In this document: positions 36,359 to 44,237 of the stretch, piece after piece
Position numbering within the stretch: the first letter of the stretch is position 1
Layout: each line of letters starts with the position of its first letter
Assembly (NCBI GenBank): GCA_013343275.1
Contig: CP046106.1
Span: 544,001 to 608,000 of the forward strand
Direction of reading: 5' to 3'
DNA: 64,000 nucleotides
From: Candidatus Nanohaloarchaea archaeon
GTDB taxonomy: Archaea > Nanohalarchaeota > Nanosalinia > Nanosalinales > Nanosalinaceae
The notes under the pieces: generated by a model
The model's database searches: none
What the model saw: only the letters and a program-made list of their open reading frames with translations
What the model was told of the DNA's origin: nothing
Position numbers and translations under genes: made by a program

Positions 36359-37129
36359 GCCATTCTCTCGCCTCCTTCAGTGAATTCGTAGTCGGACTTC
36401 CTGGCTGCTCTTCCCAGGCTGTGTGCGGCCTCCGATTCGCTGACCTCTCCTGCTACAACCAGGGCATCGCCATCCTCGAAGGACATGTTGAGGCCTTCTT
36501 CTCCATACATAAAGTCCTGGAAATCATCGTTCTCCGGTATGCTGGAGTACATTCCTCCATCGTAGATGTCTGCGTAGGCCTCTCTCATTACCGGGCCTTC
36601 CATTTCTTTGTCGACGTCGATCGCTTCTCCCAGATCCTGTACTTCTTCCAGCATCTCCTCTTCTTTTCCTGGCTGTGGGTATACTTCGAAGCAGTTGTCT
36701 GCGCAGGCGTACATGTTCGGGTTCTGCGTTCTATAGCCGAAAAGCTCGTCTCCCTCCGCCTCCTCCACCACTCCTCTGCTGAGTAGTGTACTGCCGACGC
36801 ATCTTCCCTGCAGGCTATCGTCAACCGCAAGACCTACCTCGTAGACAGTGTCGTCCATCCGGGATAGGCCTGAGAATGCTACGTACTCTCCGTCCTCGTC
36901 TTTTGCTGTGACGAGTGTAGGTACTCTGAGGTGGTCTCTTGCGTCCTGATCGGTTGGGACACCTTCCTTGGAGAAAGCGTTCTGCGCGACGTCAACAAGC
37001 TGTTGTTCGGCCTCGGAGTTGGCCTCTAGAAATTCTTCTGGATTTTGATGTACCTCTATCTCAAGGCTTCCAAAAACGTCCACCCTGTTCTCGGGCTTCC
37101 GATGTCGAATAGTTTTCAGTCTGTTCCAT
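36355..37129 (-). CDS. GNAT-fold acyltransferase-like protein, proposed to be made by +1 frameshift joining 37129-37073 to the ORF called from GTG 37083
   Basis: LAV-x-x-x-LQGR-x-VGS acetyl-CoA motif; the upstream ATG frame MEQTENYSTSEAREQGGRF-W-KP* carries the TTT-TGG cassette and is acidic, whereas the +1-frame sequence upstream of the GTG is basic and has no ATG. Confidence 0.65.
37061..37129 (-). promoter_or_regulatory. Trp-sensing uORF B: MEQTENYSTSEAREQGGRF-W-KP*
   Basis: CAG GGT GGA CGT TTT TGG AAG CCT TGA; a +1 slip UUU->UUU enters the GNAT frame. Confidence 0.75.
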
Positions 37130-37332
37130 AAGTCAAATCACGTAAGCAAAGATTGCCAGAAAAGCTTTAAATAGCTTACAGAGCTTCTACCTGGTTTTTA
37201 GAGATAGCTGAAGCTGTAGAGATAAGTTTAACCTGGAGTAATACTGGCAAAGCTAAAATAAAACGTATGTGGAGTTAAGGCCATGAGAAGTTCTTGATTG
37301 AGGAGATCTGTAGATAGCTGTGGCTCAGAGAA

Positions 37333-37377
37333 TTATTTCTGTGCAGGAGGCCAAAAGCATCCACCTTTCTGAGCCAT
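37333..37377 (-). promoter_or_regulatory. Trp-sensing uORF A: MAQKGGCF-W-PPAQK*
   Basis: ATG GCT CAG AAA GGT GGA TGC TTT TGG; TTTTAA about 29 nt upstream; flanked by the 9-bp inverted repeat TGGCTCAGA/TCTGAGCCA. Confidence 0.7.
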
Positions 37378-37400
37378 GTTGAGATGTTGAAGGTTCACTG

Positions 37401-38159
37401 TTAAAATTCTTTTCTCTGGGCCCGGTAGCCAAGCGTTCCATTGTATCCATTTGTTGACATGAGAACCGGGTAGAACGGTTTTTCAGCACTTAAACTCTCG
37501 TCTCCTCTGGTAGCGTAGACTTCACCTTCCTCCACTTTCTTGAAGTTCTCGGCCTGGAAGCTCCAGTCACCTTCTACCTTATCAAATACCTCGAATAACT
37601 GTGGACTTGATTTCCGGGCCTTACCGTCTATAACGTTCTGGGAAGCTAGGAAGTTTTTGATTACACCTAGCGCGTTTTCAACGGCCTGATCTGTTCCCTG
37701 GAATCCCGCCTCTACAACCACTCCTTCTACGTGTTCGTGAAGCTTCCCTTCTTTACCAGGGAAATGCGCTGCATTCTTTGCTCCTGTCGATGCAAGCATG
37801 TCCCGGATTTCGTCGTTCAGAGTTGAGCAGGTTGCGAAAGGTAGCGGATAGGAATGCGTAGTGTGTATGTCCAGAAGCTTTGTGCCTTCTACAGCATCGA
37901 TTATCTTCGAGGCCAACCTCTCCTCGTACCTCTCTGACTCAGGATCTCCAGGAAAGGATCTGTTCAGGTCTGACTCGAGAAATCTCTGACCTTCAAGAAG
38001 CGCTTTTTCGTTTCCGATCACAAACTGGACCGGTTTACGGAACTCTCTTTCCTCCGATAGAAACTTCTCGATCGCTTTCTTGCCTGCCGGCTCATCACCG
38101 TGAACCGAGCCCATTACAGTAAATTCAGGCTCTCCATCTCCTCTTCTCACTACCTTCAT
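37401..38159 (-). CDS. Succinylglutamate desuccinylase/aspartoacylase family (M14-like)
   Basis: HGDEPAG, DLNRSFPG, LDIHT, VEAG. Confidence 0.88.
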   Translation of the reverse strand: MKVVRRGDGEPEFTVMGSVHGDEPAGKKAIEKFLSEEREFRKPVQFVIGNEKALLEGQRFLESDLNRSFPGDPESERYEERLASKIIDAVEGTKLLDIHTTHSYPLPFATCSTLNDEIRDMLASTGAKNAAHFPGKEGKLHEHVEGVVVEAGFQGTDQAVENALGVIKNFLASQNVIDGKARKSSPQLFEVFDKVEGDWSFQAENFKKVEEGEVYATRGDESLSAEKPFYPVLMSTNGYNGTLGYRAQRKEF

Positions 38160-38199
38160 AAAAAGAAAATTCTTCGAAGGTAATTCAAAAAGATTTCAC

Positions 38200-39360
38200 C
38201 TATCTCAGGGCCTCTACGGCCGCCAGTTTCTCTCCACTCAGATACCTGACAAAGGCTCCTCCTGCTATAGAGACATGTGAGAAATCTTCCAGTTCGTAGT
38301 TAAATCTCTGTACAAGCGAGGACGTGTGGCCTCCTCCAAGAACAGTGTAGGCATCGGACTCTGCCATGGCCTTGACTATTTTCCGCGTTCCTTCCGGATG
38401 TTCTTCGAAAGCACCCATAGGCCCTTTCATAACTACGGATTCCGCATCCCTGATCTCTTCAGCAAATTTTTCTGCAGTTTCAGGGCCTATATCCCACGTC
38501 ATTTCGTCCGGTATTTCCTCTACCCTGTACTCTCCAGAATCCGTTCTGACGTCCTCCGGGAGCACTACCTTCTCGCTGTAGTTATTGATTACTCTCTCAA
38601 GTTCTCCTTTCTTTGAGTCAAGGCCGTGGTCTTCAATCCACTGCTTCTTCTCTCCCAGATCGTGGCCTTCTATAATGAGAGCGAGTTCTCCAGGAATTCC
38701 CCCCAGTAGGACTTTATCCACAGATTCTATCATTTCATCCAGTATACCGATCAGGTCGGAAGGTTTCTCCCCACCGAGAACAAGCACCCCGTTATCAAAC
38801 CTGTCTCTAACTTTTCCACAGCTCTCAAGCTCCTTCTCCATGACAGGGCCTGCGTAAGAATCCAGTTTCTTGGTAAACCCTACCATGGAGCCATGGCTCC
38901 TGTGAGCTGCGGAGAACGCATCATCGACGTAGAGATCAAATTCTGGTGCAATCCTTTTCACAAATATATCTTCGGCGTGTTGTTCTGCCGAGGCATTTCT
39001 GAGCTCCTCTGAAAGAAACCTTACATTCTCCAGCAGCGCTACACCTCCTTCATCCATGTCTTCAACAGCTTCAGCAAGTTCAGGCCCGAAGAAACCCGGA
39101 ATAAATTCTACTTCATTCCCGAGAGAATCAGATAGGATCTCTGAATGCTTTTTCAGCGACATGAAATCGTTTCTACCTGGTCGGCCCTGGTGAGCCATCA
39201 CCACTGTCTTCGCGCCTCTATCAGAAAGCTCCTCTACCGTCTCAAGGTACCTCTTGAATCTTACAGTTTTCTGTGGTTCGCCGTCCTCAATCGGAAGGTT
39301 TAGATCAGTTCTGAGAAGAACTTCCTGGCCCTGAATATCAATATCATCTATAGAGTTCAT
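38200..39360 (-). CDS. pgk: Phosphoglycerate kinase
   Basis: RTDLNLP, AHQGRPG, LENVRF, DAFSAAHR, DIGPET, GGGHT, HVSIAGGA. Confidence 0.95.
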   Translation of the reverse strand: MNSIDDIDIQGQEVLLRTDLNLPIEDGEPQKTVRFKRYLETVEELSDRGAKTVVMAHQGRPGRNDFMSLKKHSEILSDSLGNEVEFIPGFFGPELAEAVEDMDEGGVALLENVRFLSEELRNASAEQHAEDIFVKRIAPEFDLYVDDAFSAAHRSHGSMVGFTKKLDSYAGPVMEKELESCGKVRDRFDNGVLVLGGEKPSDLIGILDEMIESVDKVLLGGIPGELALIIEGHDLGEKKQWIEDHGLDSKKGELERVINNYSEKVVLPEDVRTDSGEYRVEEIPDEMTWDIGPETAEKFAEEIRDAESVVMKGPMGAFEEHPEGTRKIVKAMAESDAYTVLGGGHTSSLVQRFNYELEDFSHVSIAGGAFVRYLSGEKLAAVEALR

Positions 39361-39411
39361 GGCTGCTGTATTACGATGTAATACTTCCAGGTTTTTAACT
39401 TTTCCAAGCAG

Positions 39412-39420
39412 CATTTAAGA
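39412..39420 (+). promoter_or_regulatory. Putative TATA box for the leaderless glyS leader transcript
   Basis: TTTAAG begins 31 nt before the uORF ATG at 39445. Confidence 0.5.
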
Positions 39421-39444
39421 TTCCGGTCAAAACTTCTCCATACA

Positions 39445-39559
39445 ATGAAAGGTGGATGTTTTGGACTGTCCTCAGAGGCAGTCACACGGCAAAGTATTCA
39501 ATAATCTAAAACCTTCTAGTTCTGACTATAAAAATTTCCACGAGAGTGTTTCTGCATGA
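39445..39559 (+). promoter_or_regulatory. glyS leader: uORF MKGGCF-G-LSSEAVTRQSIQ* (39445-39504) with putative +1 frameshift cassette; +1 frame ends in TGA overlapping the glyS ATG
   Basis: ATG AAA GGT GGA TGT TTT GGA; +1 frame 39461-39559 stop-free until ...TCT GCA TGA. Confidence 0.75.
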
Positions 39560-41268
39560 GCAAGTCACTTACAGAAAAACTTTCTGAGCTGGCGAAGAGA
39601 AGAGGATTCTTCTTCCAGTCTTCAGAGGCCTACGGTGGTGTCGCAGGTTTCCAGACCTTCGGCCCCGAAGGCGCAGAACTCAAGAGAAACATCGAAAACA
39701 GCTGGAGAGAAACATTCTCCGACAGCCTAGGCCATCGAGAGATCGAGGCCCCGACCATTATGCCGGAGCCGGTTTTCGAGGCCTCAGGGCATCTAGACAC
39801 GTTCGACGACATGATAATAGAATGCCCGGAATGCGGAACATCAAGCAGAGCCGACCATCTCGTGGAAGATAACACAGATATCGAAGAAGCAGAAAGCTTC
39901 TCACACGAGCAGGTAGAGGCCTTGATCAAGGAACACAACCTTGAATGCCCAAGCTGCGGAGAAGACCTCAGTAACGTAGCAGTAGAGGACTTCAACCTGA
40001 TGTTCGAGACAAGCATCGGCCCAGGATCAGGCCAGACAGGATACCTCAGGCCGGAAACCGCACAGGGAATATTCGTAGAGTTCCCACGGCTGAAGGAATA
40101 CGCAAGAAACCAGCTACCGTTCGGCATAACACAGATTGGTAAAGCATACAGAAACGAAATTTCACCGAGGAAAGGTCTCGTCAGAGTCCGTGAACTGACT
40201 CAGGCCGAGCTTGAGCACTTCATCGATCCGGAAGAAGACGAACCACGGCTTGAGAAAGTTGAAGATGTCGAGCTGAAGCTTTACAGCCGTGAACAACAGA
40301 ATGCTGAAGACGGTGAACCTCAGTTCATGACCGTCAAGGAAGCAGTTGAAGAAGAGGTTGTCGAATCTGACTGGATTGCCTATTATCTCGGTATCGCGAA
40401 GCAGTGGTATGAGGAGATCGGAGTCGATATGGAGCGCTTCCGGTTCCGCCAGCATCAAAACGATGAACTCTCCCACTACGCAAGCGACTGCTGGGACGCA
40501 GAGAGCCAGGTCGACGGCGACTGGATCGAGATCACCGGTTTCGCGTACAGAGGCTGCTACGATCTGAAGAAGCACGACCAGTACAGCCGAGAAGACTACA
40601 AGATCTTCAAAGAGTACGACGAACCAAAGACCGTAGAGAAGAATACAGTCAGCCCGGACATGGGTTATCTAGGCCCTGAGTTCGGTGATAAGGCAGGCAA
40701 GATTGCAGAGAAGCTTGAGGAGATCGCAGAGAACGAACCTGAAGCCTTTGAAGCAGACAAGGTATTTGTCGAAGTGGACGGCGAGGAATACTCCGTTCCC
40801 GCTGATAAATGCAACTTCAGCGTCGAAGAAGTCACTGAGAACGGCGAGCATATTCTCCCTCACGTTGTCGAGCCTTCATTCGGTATCGACAGGATGGTTT
40901 ACACAGTTCTGGCTCATGCCTACGATGAGGACGAGGTCGACGATGAGGAGAGAACTGTTATGCGGTTCAACGAAGAGGTTGCTCCGACAGAGGTCGCTGT
41001 CTTCCCTCTAATGGATAAAGAAGGCCTTGGCGAGAAAGCACAGGAAGTAGCGGACAAGCTGCGTGAAGAAGGTTTCTCCGTCAAGTACGATGATACCGGA
41101 AATATCGGTAAGCGTTACAGAAGGCAGGACGAAGTCGGCACACCTGTCTGCGTAACAATCGATTATGAGACACTTGAAGATGAGCCTGAGACCGTAACTG
41201 TCAGGGATCGTGACTCGACGGATCAGGAACGTGTGGAGATCTCAGATCTGGCCGATTACCTGGCCTGA
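39556..41268 (+). CDS. glyS: Glycine--tRNA ligase (alpha2, archaeal/eukaryote type)
   Basis: KRRGFF, RADHL, FNLMF, YLRPETAQGIF, RNEISPR, EPSFGIDR, IGKRYRRQDE. Confidence 0.97.
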   Translation: MSKSLTEKLSELAKRRGFFFQSSEAYGGVAGFQTFGPEGAELKRNIENSWRETFSDSLGHREIEAPTIMPEPVFEASGHLDTFDDMIIECPECGTSSRADHLVEDNTDIEEAESFSHEQVEALIKEHNLECPSCGEDLSNVAVEDFNLMFETSIGPGSGQTGYLRPETAQGIFVEFPRLKEYARNQLPFGITQIGKAYRNEISPRKGLVRVRELTQAELEHFIDPEEDEPRLEKVEDVELKLYSREQQNAEDGEPQFMTVKEAVEEEVVESDWIAYYLGIAKQWYEEIGVDMERFRFRQHQNDELSHYASDCWDAESQVDGDWIEITGFAYRGCYDLKKHDQYSREDYKIFKEYDEPKTVEKNTVSPDMGYLGPEFGDKAGKIAEKLEEIAENEPEAFEADKVFVEVDGEEYSVPADKCNFSVEEVTENGEHILPHVVEPSFGIDRMVYTVLAHAYDEDEVDDEERTVMRFNEEVAPTEVAVFPLMDKEGLGEKAQEVADKLREEGFSVKYDDTGNIGKRYRRQDEVGTPVCVTIDYETLEDEPETVTVRDRDSTDQERVEISDLADYLA

Positions 41269-41362
41269 TCCTCCTTTCTTCTCTCTTTCTTTTCTGGTAC
41301 CGATTAGAGCAGAATCAATTTAATTTTTAGGCAGGCCTAAACTATGTTGTGATCGAGGTCAT

Positions 41363-41623
41363 ATGTCTGTACTTGATGTTGTTGAGGAGATAGAGAATGG
41401 ATGTGTTGATAACCGGTACCGTGATGAAGTCCTGGAGGTAGCTAGCGAGGTTGAGGAATATTTTGAATCCCTTGAGGATGCTGCATCATTTGCTGAGGCA
41501 TATGATAGAGAGTATAACCGAGAAAACCCGGGTTATGATCCTGAGGGTTATGCTGAGCAGTGGGCCGATAGTTTCGACGGCGATATGTCCGGTATTGTAG
41601 ATTCTCTGAGTCACGAAGATTGA
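41363..41623 (+). CDS. Hypothetical small acidic protein
   Basis: 86 aa, very acidic, GAGGT upstream. Confidence 0.5.
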   Translation: MSVLDVVEEIENGCVDNRYRDEVLEVASEVEEYFESLEDAASFAEAYDREYNRENPGYDPEGYAEQWADSFDGDMSGIVDSLSHED

Positions 41624-41651
41624 TAAAAAGGTACTTGAGTAAGGCCTTTGC

Positions 41652-42608
41652 ATGGGAGAGTGCTCGAAATGCGGGAAGCAGGCAATGACTTTCACCTGCC
41701 GTTACTGTAACGACAAGTTCTGTTCAGAGCACCGTCTGCCGGAGAACCATGACTGTGAAGGCCTTGAGGAAGGCGTGCAGCAGGAGAAAGAGGAGACTCG
41801 TAAATGGTTCGAGGAGAAGAAGCTGAAGCAGGAGACCAAGCATGGCCAGCCAAAGAAGCAGAAGTCATCATTTTTCCGCGACGCGGTAAATTCACTGAGT
41901 AGAAATGCTACTTTCGGTATAATCACTGTTACTGTTATCTCCTTCATGCTTCAGGCTGTGCCGGGATACGTTGAGTTCATGCAGCTTTCACCGGCGCTTA
42001 CCCAGGCAGCTGTTGAAGCCACAAATTCGGCGGTAGAAGGAACTTTACTTACTACCACACTTGTACAGCAGCCATGGACTCTTCTGACAGTTATGCTCCT
42101 TCACAGCGGCTTCCTTCATATCTTTGCGAACATGGTTACTTTCTACTTCTTCGGAAGCGTTGTGGAGAGATCTATAGGTGCGAAAGAAACACTGAAGATA
42201 TATCTTATTTCAGGCCTTGCAGCAAGCATAGGTTTCGTGGTATTCAGGAATCTAATCTACTACATACACGATTCTGCAATTGTAGGAGGCTTGCCTGTTC
42301 TCAGCCCAGCAGTTGGGGCTTCAGGAGCAGTAGTTGCATTCCTTGGCATAGTAGCTATGCTCTATCCTGAAGCAGAGGTACTGCTCTACTTCTTCATACC
42401 TATGAAGATCAGAACTGCGGTACTCGCTTTCGGAGCAATAGAGTTCGTCAATCTGGCCTTCAAGCTTGCAGGCACCACACTACCTGTAATCGGTATGTTC
42501 GCGAGCTCAGCTCACCTCACAGGGCTTGCAGTGGGCCTCTGGTACGGCAGAAAGCTTCAGGACAGGTACGGCCGTAAAAACAGTTTCTTTGATATAGCCC
42601 GTTTCTAG
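41652..42608 (+). CDS. Rhomboid intramembrane protease with N-terminal AN1 zinc finger
   Basis: C-x2-C...C-x2-C-x4-C-x2-HRLPE-x-H-x-C; H-x-x-x-x-H-x-x-x-N, GASG, AH-x-x-G. Confidence 0.92.
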   Translation: MGECSKCGKQAMTFTCRYCNDKFCSEHRLPENHDCEGLEEGVQQEKEETRKWFEEKKLKQETKHGQPKKQKSSFFRDAVNSLSRNATFGIITVTVISFMLQAVPGYVEFMQLSPALTQAAVEATNSAVEGTLLTTTLVQQPWTLLTVMLLHSGFLHIFANMVTFYFFGSVVERSIGAKETLKIYLISGLAASIGFVVFRNLIYYIHDSAIVGGLPVLSPAVGASGAVVAFLGIVAMLYPEAEVLLYFFIPMKIRTAVLAFGAIEFVNLAFKLAGTTLPVIGMFASSAHLTGLAVGLWYGRKLQDRYGRKNSFFDIARF

Positions 42609-43147
42609 AGAGTTGAACGCTCAACTTCGTAGTAAGTTACATCGTTCTCTGTATCGACCACGCCCCACAGCATTGTGGCCCGAACGTTCTGAGCCAGTCG
42701 AGCACCTCTAGACATCTCCTGAAAGCTCATGGTATGGTTCTCAGGTACAGCATGCACAAGATACTTTGTATGCTGTCTATCCCGTTTATCTCCTTCAGCA
42801 TATGGATTTACGCCACGTGGGTAAACTCTGAAATGGGAGCCGAACTTGAAACCACTCTTCACGATGTAACCTCGTTCACGGAGATCGCTGTAGACAGTAA
42901 ACTTCTGGTCGAACTCCTCATCGATATCGGAGAATCGCTGGAATATCTCATCCCTACCAAGCTCTTCCCCTGATTCATCTTCGACCTCTATCTCATCTCT
43001 CTCGTAGAGGTGAAAGGCCTCGGAGAATGAAAGTTCAAGTCTGCCATCGTCCAGGATCTTCCCATAGTATTTCTCGCTGTGGATCTCTTCCGCATCCTCC
43101 TCATCCCAGACCTTGACAGTGCTACCAGTAATTTTTGCTGTAACCAT
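42605..43147 (-). CDS. endA: tRNA-intron endonuclease (single catalytic unit)
   Basis: LS-x-x-EA, VY-x-DLR-x-RGY-x-x-KSG-x-KFG-x-x-FRVY, H. Confidence 0.9.
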   Translation of the reverse strand: MVTAKITGSTVKVWDEEDAEEIHSEKYYGKILDDGRLELSFSEAFHLYERDEIEVEDESGEELGRDEIFQRFSDIDEEFDQKFTVYSDLRERGYIVKSGFKFGSHFRVYPRGVNPYAEGDKRDRQHTKYLVHAVPENHTMSFQEMSRGARLAQNVRATMLWGVVDTENDVTYYEVERSTL

Positions 43148-43183
43148 AATTCAGAAATAGAACGTGAGACTTTTAGGCCTATT

Positions 43184-43846
43184 TCAGAAACTTCCGAGAT
43201 CTTTCTGCGAGGCCTCCTTCAGTATTCGCTCCGCAGTACTCCACGACTTCCTTGTCTCCTTAGGTAGCTCTCCTTTCTCCTCCACATACTTCTCCAGGAA
43301 ACTAATCGTAGGCTTATCATGAGGGTATCCCGAGGCAAAGTCATAACCGTACTTCTTCTTCAAATCGTCGACATGACTCTCCCTTGCAGACTTCGCCACA
43401 ATAGAAGCAGCAGAGACAACAGGAAAAGTATCATCGGCGCCATGCTCCGCAACAAAATCTACATCTGCAAATCTTTCAGGTAGCTGATCCTTCAGCTTAT
43501 TGATAAATCTCTCCGCGTTCGGTTCCGGGAGATCAACGATCACTTTATCCGCATCAGTTCTTCCAATTACATCTGTAAAGGCCTTTACCTCGATCTCGTT
43601 TAGAGACATTACATTTCGAAGCTCATCTATCTCCTCGGCCTTGACTTCCTTCAGAAAGGCCTCTCCATGCTCTTCCAGCTGATCCCGAATTGATTCTCTC
43701 TTCTTCCCAGATAGCTTCTTCGAGTCCTTTACTCCAAGTTCCTCGATCTCATCTATTCTTTCTTCGTCTATCATGAATCCTCCGATAAACATCGAGCCTA
43801 TTACCGGGCCTCTTCCTGCTTCGTCAATTCCTAGAACCTTGGCCAT
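43184..43846 (-). CDS. rnhB: Ribonuclease HII
   Basis: GIDEAGRGPVIG, DSKKL, VSAASIVAK, SGYP-x-D. Confidence 0.96.
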   Translation of the reverse strand: MAKVLGIDEAGRGPVIGSMFIGGFMIDEERIDEIEELGVKDSKKLSGKKRESIRDQLEEHGEAFLKEVKAEEIDELRNVMSLNEIEVKAFTDVIGRTDADKVIVDLPEPNAERFINKLKDQLPERFADVDFVAEHGADDTFPVVSAASIVAKSARESHVDDLKKKYGYDFASGYPHDKPTISFLEKYVEEKGELPKETRKSWSTAERILKEASQKDLGSF

Positions 43847-43907
43847 AGAATACAGATTTGATATTTCGCCCAAGATATATAGTTCTATCTCGGGAAACTC
43901 TGTCTTG

Positions 43908-44237
43908 ATGGTAGAGAAGAGAACTATCGATTTACTTAACATTCTTCTACTTGCGGTCCTGTTATTGAGCCTTAGTTCGTATCTTCCATCTAGCTCCTCA
44001 AAACTTACAGGAAGCTTCTACAGCCAGCCTGTTGATCAAGAACCGCAGTGCTATTTTTCGAATGACGGCGAAGTGTCGCAGATACCTGTAGGATCCTGCT
44101 GTCCGAGTGCAAGAGAGATGGCAAGATGCGTATCCAGCAGTAGCGGAGTAACCTGTTTCAACTCGGAAGACAGAAATCTGACACTCAATCATGAAGCAGT
44201 AGAGTACTGCAGTTCAAGAGGGATCGAACTTGGATAA
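43908..44237 (+). CDS. Hypothetical secreted Cys-rich protein
   Basis: Signal-like hydrophobic helix, 6 Cys; overlaps the GH3 gene start. Confidence 0.55.
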   Translation: MVEKRTIDLLNILLLAVLLLSLSSYLPSSSSKLTGSFYSQPVDQEPQCYFSNDGEVSQIPVGSCCPSAREMARCVSSSSGVTCFNSEDRNLTLNHEAVEYCSSRGIELG

